Shown here piece by piece: positions 51,401 through 59,108 of a stretch of DNA of 64,000 nt. The notes beneath the pieces are model-generated. The model searched no databases. It was not told where the DNA came from and saw only the letters and a list, made by a program, of their open reading frames with translations. A program made the position numbers and the translations under genes. The stretch lies in NCBI GenBank assembly GCA_964638155.1, contig CAZWYI010000008.1:4787-68786 (forward strand), written 5' to 3'. Numbering within the stretch: the first letter of the stretch is position 1; every line of letters starts with the position of its first letter. This DNA comes from an uncultured Thermoplasmatales archaeon. Its GTDB lineage: Archaea > Thermoplasmatota > E2 > DHVEG-1.

Positions 51401-52754
51401 TATATGCTCCTTGTTCATCCATAGCTTGTGCTTTAATATTAAAAGAACCTGATGATGACCATTTATGGGTTTTAGTTACTGTTTCACCAGAGTTTACAAA
51501 ATCCGTCCAGGAACTAATATCTCCATCACCCCAATCAAATCGGTATTTTACTCTATCGCCATTTGGATCAATTGTTTTTGTACTAAATTCAGTCAAACTG
51601 TTAATAGCAATAGACAAGGACCCTGATGGTTTATCTGGTGGATTAGGACATGGTTGTAATACTGCTTGTATCCAACCATCACCATTTATTGTGAAACTAG
51701 TTTCAGTTGAATATTCATCATCTATATCTATATTACTGGATACAGTCCATTTTTGAAAAACAAGATCATCCGGTACATTAACCTTTATCGGATATTCATG
51801 TTGATCGTCTACCCATAGTTTTTCGCCATCATAAAAATCATCTAATAAATAATGTATAGTTGTTGCATCTTCAGGGCTTGTCTTTATTTCTAATTCATCT
51901 CTTTTGATGTTTATTATATGTATTTGTTGATCTTCTGAGTCACTAACAATTAAATAATTTGGCCCAATGCATGCTAATCCACAATCTCCTGATTGTGGTA
52001 TATGGCCATTTACTAATCTTGGATTGTCTCTTGAATAATCTAGTGATATTGGTGATACTAATATACCGTTGTCCCATATGTAATTTGTATCCCAAGCAAG
52101 TCCCATATGATAATATGGAAGAGTAGAATTTGTTTTGATAGATTTTTTTACTTTGCCTGTGTCTAAATCTAAAAATAGATAATATCCATTTCCATTTTTT
52201 CTGCAACCATAAATTAAATGTTGGTAATCTGTTGTTAAACCTCCACATATAGTATCTTCACTTCTATCAAAACTCTTAATATTATCTCCAGTATTACTAT
52301 TAATTACATATATTTTTTTTGTTCCATAATCAGATATATAAAGCCGTTTTTCCATGCTGTGAAATGCAACACCTATTGGTTCAATACCTGGTAGATCATA
52401 ACTTTTTATGACTCTCCCTGAGAAAGGATCAACTGCTGTGATTTTATTGTCTTGTTTATCAGCAATCCAAAGAAATTCAGGGAAAAAAACATCAAATCCT
52501 ATCCCTGAGGGCTCAGGACCAGGTGAATTGTAACTTATTTCAATTTCACCATATTCACTATCATCATTATTTGTGTTTACAATTGACGATATTGCTTTTT
52601 GTATTTCTTCATCTGTTATATGATTTGTTATTTTGTTATCTTCCAGTTTTTTTTCATTAACATTTTTTGCTATATTTTTAGCAAATGATGCATTTAGAAT
52701 TGTTACTAGCATCAATAATATTATAAACATAGAAATTATTTTTTTCTTTACCAT
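48405..52754 (-). CDS. 1449-aa secreted surface protein (beta-propeller-like and several PKD-like domains)
   Basis: Signal peptide; PSGIGFD/PIGVAF propeller blades; WKFGDG, WGDG and WNGD PKD motifs; amphipathic tail. Confidence 0.8.
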   Translation of the reverse strand: MVKKKIISMFIILLMLVTILNASFAKNIAKNVNEKKLEDNKITNHITDEEIQKAISSIVNTNNDDSEYGEIEISYNSPGPEPSGIGFDVFFPEFLWIADKQDNKITAVDPFSGRVIKSYDLPGIEPIGVAFHSMEKRLYISDYGTKKIYVINSNTGDNIKSFDRSEDTICGGLTTDYQHLIYGCRKNGNGYYLFLDLDTGKVKKSIKTNSTLPYYHMGLAWDTNYIWDNGILVSPISLDYSRDNPRLVNGHIPQSGDCGLACIGPNYLIVSDSEDQQIHIINIKRDELEIKTSPEDATTIHYLLDDFYDGEKLWVDDQHEYPIKVNVPDDLVFQKWTVSSNIDIDDEYSTETSFTINGDGWIQAVLQPCPNPPDKPSGSLSIAINSLTEFSTKTIDPNGDRVKYRFDWGDGDISSWTDFVNSGETVTKTHKWSSSGSFNIKAQAMDEQGAYSDWGDEKTVYVLEADAHGNYKGFTDYWIKFNGEAKGGVGPYTYHWKFGDGSTSDKEDPKHTYSSAYTYTAELTVTDSEGTSQTDVVSVRIKDIPVWVEAAIKLAGDKNWDGNHLHSEFSFNDFQDLISIVGSVPGQVNLKKFSGDYDLTFNWEDMVMKIDLYANNPNKDKVTLTGSAGVDIDAYDSLSISSGVRYNFDKVGDNLNWELCIYLNGRYEYPAFYFATAVGPVPVSAEANLYFNAGVDFNLNSPNKYNNNCFKSVNGKIGVGAELKGGVGICGAASAGLYTDVSGNWRFKAPESGDSIYDDFQVSISFGAYAELIFVIDARWEWWSASWPNYMQAETPTSINSNWEYMPRNYGNPSWVNNEDGLLLEDAFPKSHPSIARNSNGEKMMVWTQDDLSKGANGDGLDIWFSKWNKNTDSWNTPKRVTNDNLAQSNPSIALLDNGDAICVFNCLESTVADKTILEVAKNSEIGYCYWDGSSWSEPNLIGATNHSTDSYPVISASDNKAAVVWMCDTNPDISQGGITVNDRFLYGSFWNKNQWTMPQVISNDNIVSIPVSLSYNGVEAACAYVADANGLLTNNDNPDIDDHDVYIKTFTLMNQLTTTSNNIKITNGGRNAYPSINYLNNAAPSVSWMKEDPEDHTVDVLFEDSIGTLKTLDGPETVFSNLKQGSSTALFSGGTGVLQETTATLPVVAWSDGKNLCYSRKFNQGWEDIQLLHMTDKKITQATWEYDISGDEIGAIIIEKEKTGSIQNCEMYEAGKKEMLHPPKPMISGPGQGVINRDYTFRTSTSDPSPNKQLKYFWDWNGDKQVDEETDWIISGEIIEKTHKWTNEGNYNVYVRATNGYKTSQWSDPLNIEISEQNFPPTKPNLNGPSTGEKDVKYSYTLVSTDAENDNIYYYVKWGDGTNSGWKGPYDSGEQITLKHKWSERDTYTIKAKAKDSNGQETGWTTLSVEIPKNKDKNLNLFLEIISKCPRLFNIIERLFQKILQIRY

Positions 52755-52896
52755 TTTTTCCTACTCCAAAAATTACCTATGAAACATTATTTTGATTTTG
52801 CCTTAATAAAATTATGTTTTTATGTTAAAATACTAACCAATAATATGTTTCATATTCAAACAAAACGTTATTTATGTAACAATATTCCTTAATTGG

Positions 52897-53046
52897 TTAT
52901 TTATTAAATTCTAATGCATGTATTGCACTAAACATAGCTGGTTCATAAAGTTCTTTTTTCAGACTGATTTTTGCTGATTCTAAATAGTTCAAACTTAAAT
53001 TTTAATAATCTTGTATCTTATCAATTGATCTTTTATCCTGCCTCAT
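52897..53046 (-). pseudogene. Truncated HEPN toxin with an in-frame TAA
   Basis: MRQDKRSIDKIQDY*NLSLNYLESAKISLKKELYEPAMFSAIHALEFNK*; ATGA overlap with the MNT gene; matches the HEPN N-terminal helix pattern. Confidence 0.7.
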
Positions 53047-53675
53047 TGATTACCCTTCTCATATAATATAACACCGTTTTCTTTTATTTGTTTTTGTAAG
53101 GATTTATCCATATTTTCATATTCTTTCATATTTTTGAAGAGTGGTTTTCCCTGATGATTGCATTTATTTGAAGCTGCAGCAATTAAATCCCGGATTTCGT
53201 TTTTTTGTTTTTTTGACCAAGATTCTTTTAAAAATAATAAATCGATATCAGATTTTCTATGGGCCGCTCCTTGAGCAACAGATCCATATAATATTATCAT
53301 ATAGTTTTCAAAATCTACATTTTTTATTTCTTTAAGATAGTTTTTTACTTCTTTCCGGAATTCTTTTTGTTCAATATATCCAATATACAAATTGTTAGCA
53401 TCTATTGGTTCATCTGCCTTGAAACCTATTATTGATTTATTTATTGTATCTATTGAAAAAACTATTTGGAATTCTTGTAAACTATATCTTATTGTTCTTC
53501 CAACAGAATTTCGTTCATAGGTTCCTTTTATTATGTTTTGCTCTTCTAGTTTTTTTAAATGTTTAGATATTGCTGGTTTGCTAATTCCGATCACTGCAGA
53601 TATTTCGGGGAGTGTTTTATCATTCTGAACTAGTAGTTCTATAATTCGTTTTTCGTATTTATTTAGCAATTCCAT
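53043..53675 (-). CDS. ArsR/MarR-type HTH fused to a minimal nucleotidyltransferase (MNT antitoxin-like)
   Basis: TLPEISAVIGISKPAISKHLKKLE; LYGSVAQG...SDIDL. Confidence 0.88.
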   Translation of the reverse strand: MELLNKYEKRIIELLVQNDKTLPEISAVIGISKPAISKHLKKLEEQNIIKGTYERNSVGRTIRYSLQEFQIVFSIDTINKSIIGFKADEPIDANNLYIGYIEQKEFRKEVKNYLKEIKNVDFENYMIILYGSVAQGAAHRKSDIDLLFLKESWSKKQKNEIRDLIAAASNKCNHQGKPLFKNMKEYENMDKSLQKQIKENGVILYEKGNQ

Positions 53676-53746
53676 TTTACCAACATATTAACTAATTAAT
53701 TAATAAGCTTTTTTGTTAGTTATGTCAAAAGATAATCTGCTATATG

Positions 53747-53835
53747 TTGTTCCAAATAGATAGCTTCATACAAACAAAAAATTGATGTTTTGAATGCATT
53801 TCTCCTTTTGAACATGATTAAACTGCCAGGTCCGT
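53747..53835 (+). repeat. Repeat copy R2; GCCAGGTCCGTA matches the tRNA 3' end plus flank (12 bp)
   Basis: Manual alignment to R1. Confidence 0.88.
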
Positions 53836-53902
53836 ATTTTTTTCTGTATGCAAAATCATGATGTTTAATATTATCAAAAGAAATTGTATCTGATTTTTAA
53901 TT

Positions 53903-53991
53903 TTACTACAAAAGATAAATTCATAAAAGTAAAAAATACATGTTCTGAATGCATGCTTTCCCCTATAAACCAAGTATAACTAAACAGCTCC
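53903..53991 (+). repeat. Degenerate repeat copy R3
   Basis: 58/80 ungapped identity to R1 including TTCTGAATGCATG; ends ACAGCTCC versus CCAGGTCC. Confidence 0.75.
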
Positions 53992-54000
53992 TTAAATTAT

Positions 54001-56988
54001 TTATTGATTCCTTTTTCTTCTATAGAAAATCAGTCCAATAAATACAGAGAAAAATACTGCAATAACTCCAAAACCAGGTGTATCACTTAACTCATCTGAA
54101 GAAGTATTATCCTGATTTTGATCATCAGATTCATCACTAGTTGAAAATGACCCTGTTGCTGAACTTGTGGCCCATTCATCAGGAGTAACAACCATTTTTT
54201 CATTCGCATCCATTGAAAAATCACCCTTTGATTCAGGAATATACTCTATTTGAGGATTATTATCAAGTGATTCTGTGCTCTTTGTTATTGCTGTAAATGT
54301 AAACGGGGAATCAAAAGTTTCTACAACGAGATCATCATAATCTTCAGAAACATAAAGCTCTATTTCTGCTCCTTCATCATTCTGACCACTTGTAAAAATA
54401 TATTCCCTGCCTACAAATGGTGAATTATAGAATTCTTTTACAAAATGGATAGAATACTCCAGTATATCACCTTCACTGACTTTTGTTACATTTCCTCGTT
54501 TAAATCTAACCGAGTGATCAGTAGCCACATCCGATGTTGAAAGTGGTGTAAAGGTTATCTGATCGGCAGTATCTTTTGTGGTGGTCACATTCTCAAAACT
54601 ATAAAATGAGGTATTGTGCCAAAGCATCAATGAATAAACGCCTGAATCACTTTCAGATTCAACAGTACTTTCTGTGTGAATTGTTAAAGAAACATTACTT
54701 GGTAGCATGAACATATCAACGGTTCCATCAGCTCCATTTGATTCGAAAATTGGTGCTGAATAGGGTATTTCAGAGATAATTTCTCCGTTCACATATCCTG
54801 TTTTTCTTCCAGATGAACCCTCAGCATAAAATGATGCATCACCTGAGCCATACATTAGTGTCTGCATTGGATCAGGTAGTTTTTGATCCGTGATACCTAC
54901 AGTTGTTGGAGTTGTGCCAATGTAATTTATAGAACTAGGGTTACCTATAACTGTTTCATATGGTGTGTAATAAATATTTTCATTCCATGTAGAAGTACTG
55001 TTCCATTCATAGGACCACCAGCCATCCCTAGACCATCCATCCTCTCCAAAAACAATGAAGGGGTATTGATTAAAATTCGTAAAATCTGTTGAATCATGAG
55101 TGCTAACATATGCATGGTTTGGATCATAGATAAAGACATTATAACTATCGCCTCCAAGAGGAACTACTCTCCAAGGCACAACCGCATGACCTTTGCTTCC
55201 TTCAAAAATTGAGATAATCCCCGGTGTTCCTGCATTGAGGTCATCGATGATATCATCAAGGATGTCATCAATAAATGGATGTAGTCCCGATCCAGATCGT
55301 TCAGGTTGAAGTAGATATTGAGCGGATTTCAAGAGAAGTCGATGGAAACTGTATTGTCCTGCTTGCCGGGCGTAATAATAAGGCCAGGTATTATTCCAAT
55401 TCTCCCTCTCAAGATCATCGATGCTAACAGCAGTTGGTTGAATTAAATTCGCATAAAGACCTGATGACCCATCAGCTAGTTCAAGAGATAACGCACACAT
55501 ACCATAACATTGACCTCTACGCCCTCCTTCTCTCACCTTATTCTGAAACAGGTAATCGGCATGAGGTTTTCTCCAACCATGTTCCTCGTTCCACCATATC
55601 TCATCACCAAAGATAGATTCCATCATACTCCAACTCCAAGTATGATTCTCATCACATCCCCAATTTGCAAAAGGAAGACCCCAATACCATTGCCATGGTG
55701 CACCAATTTCGATATTTTCTCCTTCTACTCTTGTGGATCGGTCTTCTGTATCATATGCCCTTACTGAATATCGTAATGTGCAAGGAGCAGAGCAATCATC
55801 AAGGATGTCAACACCGTTGTATACTGTGATCGATCGTTCAACATCTGTTTGTGGCGGATCAATCGTGAAATCAACGGGCATTCCATCAACAGTGATCGTC
55901 ATGAAATCAATTCCATCTGGATCAGTTGCTGTTGCCGTGACATCTATTCGCTGTCCATCCATTGGAAGCAAACTATGTTTTGCTGGTATAGCATTATCCT
56001 CTTCGAATTCAATATCAATAGTTACAACAGGATCACTTCCTGTTCCTTGTACCTCGATATCGAAAGTTTCCCCTACAGGGGCTTCGCTTCCTTGATCATC
56101 AGCAAAAATGCTGAAGGTATACGTTCCGGTGGTTAGAACCTCAGAATAGTTACAGGATAATGTTGTTTGGGTTCCTTCGGCCTCACAATATTCAACTTCA
56201 TCTCCGCCTTTTTTAATAGAAATATATTGCATGGCAACATCATCTGTTGCAGTTACTGAGATTATTACGGTATCACCTGATTGTGGATTTTCAGGATTGA
56301 CCGTATATTCTATCTCGCAAGGTGTTGTATCCTCCGTTGGTTCTTCAGGAGGATCTGGTTCTTCTCCAGTTGAAGTTTCATAAGTTATCTGTAACCGAGG
56401 CCTGTAAGCCGCATCATTATCACTGTAAAATACATAAGAGAAGAATTGATCATATTGCTCATTAACAAACAAAACTCCATAATTTTGACTTGGAGTATCA
56501 ACCCAATCTTCAACTAACGTTAATGCATTAAAATCATACGGACCATCTGTTCCCACATTCTTTTGATCAATTGTTGAAGAGACAGAAGGCTTGTTATTCC
56601 AATTTAACGTATCCTCATTCCAAGATGTTGTTGCCTTTCTCATCTCTGTTAATGCATTATCCGAACCATATTCTGAACACCATAAACGAATTTTTGCACT
56701 TTTAATAACTGCATCAGACGGAAGATCAATGTTATTGAACTTTACATAGAACTGATAATCATTATTGAACTCGTCTTGCCCAAGTATCAGATTATATTTA
56801 TCCATGCCTGTGTTGTAATTCATTGATGGTAATCCTCGATAGACATAACTTGATTCATCGGAGTAAAAATATGCAGTATACGTCACTGGTTCCGATGGCG
56901 GAGCTGATTTTACAGATATACTGAAAACAGGTATTATCATAACAATTGTTAATATAAAGCAGATTATTTTAGGCACATAGTTCTTCAT
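54001..56988 (-). CDS. PGF-CTERM surface protein with a DNRLRE-like domain, Ig-like domains and a putative papain-like Cys-His-Asp domain
   Basis: GGAGG RBS before ATG 56988; TLNWNNKP...RPRLQITY; GQCYGM, GHAV, YDPN; TPGF-TM-RRKR. Confidence 0.8.
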   Translation of the reverse strand: MKNYVPKIICFILTIVMIIPVFSISVKSAPPSEPVTYTAYFYSDESSYVYRGLPSMNYNTGMDKYNLILGQDEFNNDYQFYVKFNNIDLPSDAVIKSAKIRLWCSEYGSDNALTEMRKATTSWNEDTLNWNNKPSVSSTIDQKNVGTDGPYDFNALTLVEDWVDTPSQNYGVLFVNEQYDQFFSYVFYSDNDAAYRPRLQITYETSTGEEPDPPEEPTEDTTPCEIEYTVNPENPQSGDTVIISVTATDDVAMQYISIKKGGDEVEYCEAEGTQTTLSCNYSEVLTTGTYTFSIFADDQGSEAPVGETFDIEVQGTGSDPVVTIDIEFEEDNAIPAKHSLLPMDGQRIDVTATATDPDGIDFMTITVDGMPVDFTIDPPQTDVERSITVYNGVDILDDCSAPCTLRYSVRAYDTEDRSTRVEGENIEIGAPWQWYWGLPFANWGCDENHTWSWSMMESIFGDEIWWNEEHGWRKPHADYLFQNKVREGGRRGQCYGMCALSLELADGSSGLYANLIQPTAVSIDDLERENWNNTWPYYYARQAGQYSFHRLLLKSAQYLLQPERSGSGLHPFIDDILDDIIDDLNAGTPGIISIFEGSKGHAVVPWRVVPLGGDSYNVFIYDPNHAYVSTHDSTDFTNFNQYPFIVFGEDGWSRDGWWSYEWNSTSTWNENIYYTPYETVIGNPSSINYIGTTPTTVGITDQKLPDPMQTLMYGSGDASFYAEGSSGRKTGYVNGEIISEIPYSAPIFESNGADGTVDMFMLPSNVSLTIHTESTVESESDSGVYSLMLWHNTSFYSFENVTTTKDTADQITFTPLSTSDVATDHSVRFKRGNVTKVSEGDILEYSIHFVKEFYNSPFVGREYIFTSGQNDEGAEIELYVSEDYDDLVVETFDSPFTFTAITKSTESLDNNPQIEYIPESKGDFSMDANEKMVVTPDEWATSSATGSFSTSDESDDQNQDNTSSDELSDTPGFGVIAVFFSVFIGLIFYRRKRNQ

Positions 56989-57110
56989 TTTTTTAACCTC
57001 CCGATAAAATATTTTATTCTCCGTGGTGTAAATTAACAAGTATTATTAACGGTTTCTTTTTATTTTGCATACATAGTAATGTTTTAAAACAAGATAATTG
57101 GTCTTTATTT

Positions 57111-58928
57111 TCATTTTTTTACCTGTTTAAGACATCCGCTGTTAAGCGCATATTCATAGTTTTTCTCATTGTGATCACCAATAAAAACAGTATCGCCGAC
57201 TTTATATTTCGTATGGGTAGTCCATTCCGTAAACGATTTCTTTACAACATATTTTTTAAGCCCAGATTTTGAAAGATAGGACAACTTTTTATCAGATAAA
57301 TCTGTAAGTTCATTTATTCTTTGTTGTTTGAATTTGGTGTAATTTCCAGGATATGTTTTAATGGCATGGTCTTTCATGAAAAAAATAGTATCAGAAACTG
57401 AATCAAGAAACATTCGATCATGAGATGCAACGATAACGGTTCCGCCATAGCTATTCAAAGCACGTTCTATTGCTTTTTTTGATTGAATATCCATATGATT
57501 CGTAGGTTCATCAAGAATAAGGAAATTATACGGCTGCATCAGTAACCTGAGAAGAGAAACCCGTGCACGTTCACCACCTGAGAGTTGATTAATTTTTTTA
57601 TAGATTGCTTCTCCTTTGAAATTGAATTGACCAAGTAACGCTTTTGCATCGTTTTCATCAAGATCTTTATGGTCTTTTAACACTTCATTAACCAAAGTGT
57701 TTTTTGGGTTTAAAGAAAGATGGGCTTGATCAAAATATCCATATTTTACACCTTTGCTTATTTGAATGGTTCCTGTGTCTTGTTTCTCTTCACCAGTCAA
57801 TAGTTTTAATAACGTTGTTTTTCCACAACCATTGGGTCCGATTAAACCTATTTTTTGCCCAGAAAAAATCTCAAAAGCAGCGCTCTCAAGGATTGTTTTA
57901 TCATTAAAATGTTTACCTATTCCACTTCCATCGGCAACGTTTTTTCCTGATTTAAATGATGATTCAAAATTAAAACGTAAGAGATACTTTTTCAGAACAG
58001 GGTTTTCTAAATGTTTGGATTTCTCCATTCGTTTCATTTTACTTTTGATCTGTATATCATATTTATTCCGCCGTGTCATTTTCTGAATGGATGCTTCTTG
58101 TTGTTTCATTTTTATTAATGATTTCTTGTATTCCCGATATTTCTGCTGTTGTCTAAGACGATTTTGTTCAAGATATTCCTCGTAATCTGCGTTAAATACC
58201 TGGATGTTATCTCCTTGAAAATCAAAGACCCTGTCAACAAGATCGTCAAGAAGGTACTCATCATGGGTAATAATCATCACAGAACAGGGTAAATCAACGA
58301 TTCCCTCTTCTAACCACTCAATTGTCTCAATATCAAGATGATTTGTTGGTTCGTCAAGTAGCAGTAAATCACATTGATCCGGTTGAACAAGAACACTAGC
58401 CAAGGATAGTTTTTGATGTTCACCCCCTGAAAGAACCTCCATTTTATCTGTAAGAGAGATATATTCTAAAGAAACCTCTTTGAGGATTTTCATGACCTCA
58501 TCTAATAGAGACTCCTTTGTTGATTTGCCGATTGAAACCTTTAACTCCTGTATTTTTTCAAGGATTATTTTATATGCATCTGAATTGTATATCTCAGGGT
58601 TTTCAAGTTGTTTTTCATATTTTTTTAATTGCTGCTGGTAGCTGTGTTCATTAATTTGTTGAGTAATAAATTGTTGAACAGTTACATTTTTTTGATGCTC
58701 GATGGTTTGGTTCAGCATCCTGACCTTGAGATCATCCTTTATAAAAAGTTCACCATCATCTGGTAACATATCTTTTAAAAGAATGCGAAAAAGAGATGTT
58801 TTTCCACAACCATTCGGCCCAATTATTCCAATGCAATCGTCTTTATGCACATTAAAAGATGCCTCTTTGAAGAGTGTTTTACCTTGAATTGTTTTTGAAA
58901 TATTTTTAGCTTGAATTAATGAGTTCAT
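57111..58928 (-). CDS. ABC-F family ATPase (start could lie up to 58976)
   Basis: Two ABC domains (GPNGCGKT, LSGGE, DEPTNH) joined by a helical linker; no TM. Confidence 0.92.
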   Translation of the reverse strand: MNSLIQAKNISKTIQGKTLFKEASFNVHKDDCIGIIGPNGCGKTSLFRILLKDMLPDDGELFIKDDLKVRMLNQTIEHQKNVTVQQFITQQINEHSYQQQLKKYEKQLENPEIYNSDAYKIILEKIQELKVSIGKSTKESLLDEVMKILKEVSLEYISLTDKMEVLSGGEHQKLSLASVLVQPDQCDLLLLDEPTNHLDIETIEWLEEGIVDLPCSVMIITHDEYLLDDLVDRVFDFQGDNIQVFNADYEEYLEQNRLRQQQKYREYKKSLIKMKQQEASIQKMTRRNKYDIQIKSKMKRMEKSKHLENPVLKKYLLRFNFESSFKSGKNVADGSGIGKHFNDKTILESAAFEIFSGQKIGLIGPNGCGKTTLLKLLTGEEKQDTGTIQISKGVKYGYFDQAHLSLNPKNTLVNEVLKDHKDLDENDAKALLGQFNFKGEAIYKKINQLSGGERARVSLLRLLMQPYNFLILDEPTNHMDIQSKKAIERALNSYGGTVIVASHDRMFLDSVSDTIFFMKDHAIKTYPGNYTKFKQQRINELTDLSDKKLSYLSKSGLKKYVVKKSFTEWTTHTKYKVGDTVFIGDHNEKNYEYALNSGCLKQVKK

Positions 58929-59108
58929 TTTAGATGCAAATGAATTCATACAGTATAGATTTTTAGTTTTTATCATTCATTTAAAAAATAAATAACAAAT
59001 TCTTTATATAATGTAATTAATATATTATAAAATAATTAATAATGTTCAAAATGAAATGCTTCAGAACTTTGCATAATGACATAAATTGATTAATATAACG
59101 TGAGATAA

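Larger units (their letters stand above)
45250..53991. mobile_element. tRNA-Arg-anchored island of tandem att-bounded segments; no integrase in the window
   Basis: Three ~90-bp repeats ending in the tRNA 3' end; accessory cargo including a toxin-antitoxin remnant. Confidence 0.6.

Noticed and set aside
53002-53004. Recoding of the HEPN in-frame stop
   Set aside because: The codon is TAA, and the ORF is also truncated 35 codons later.
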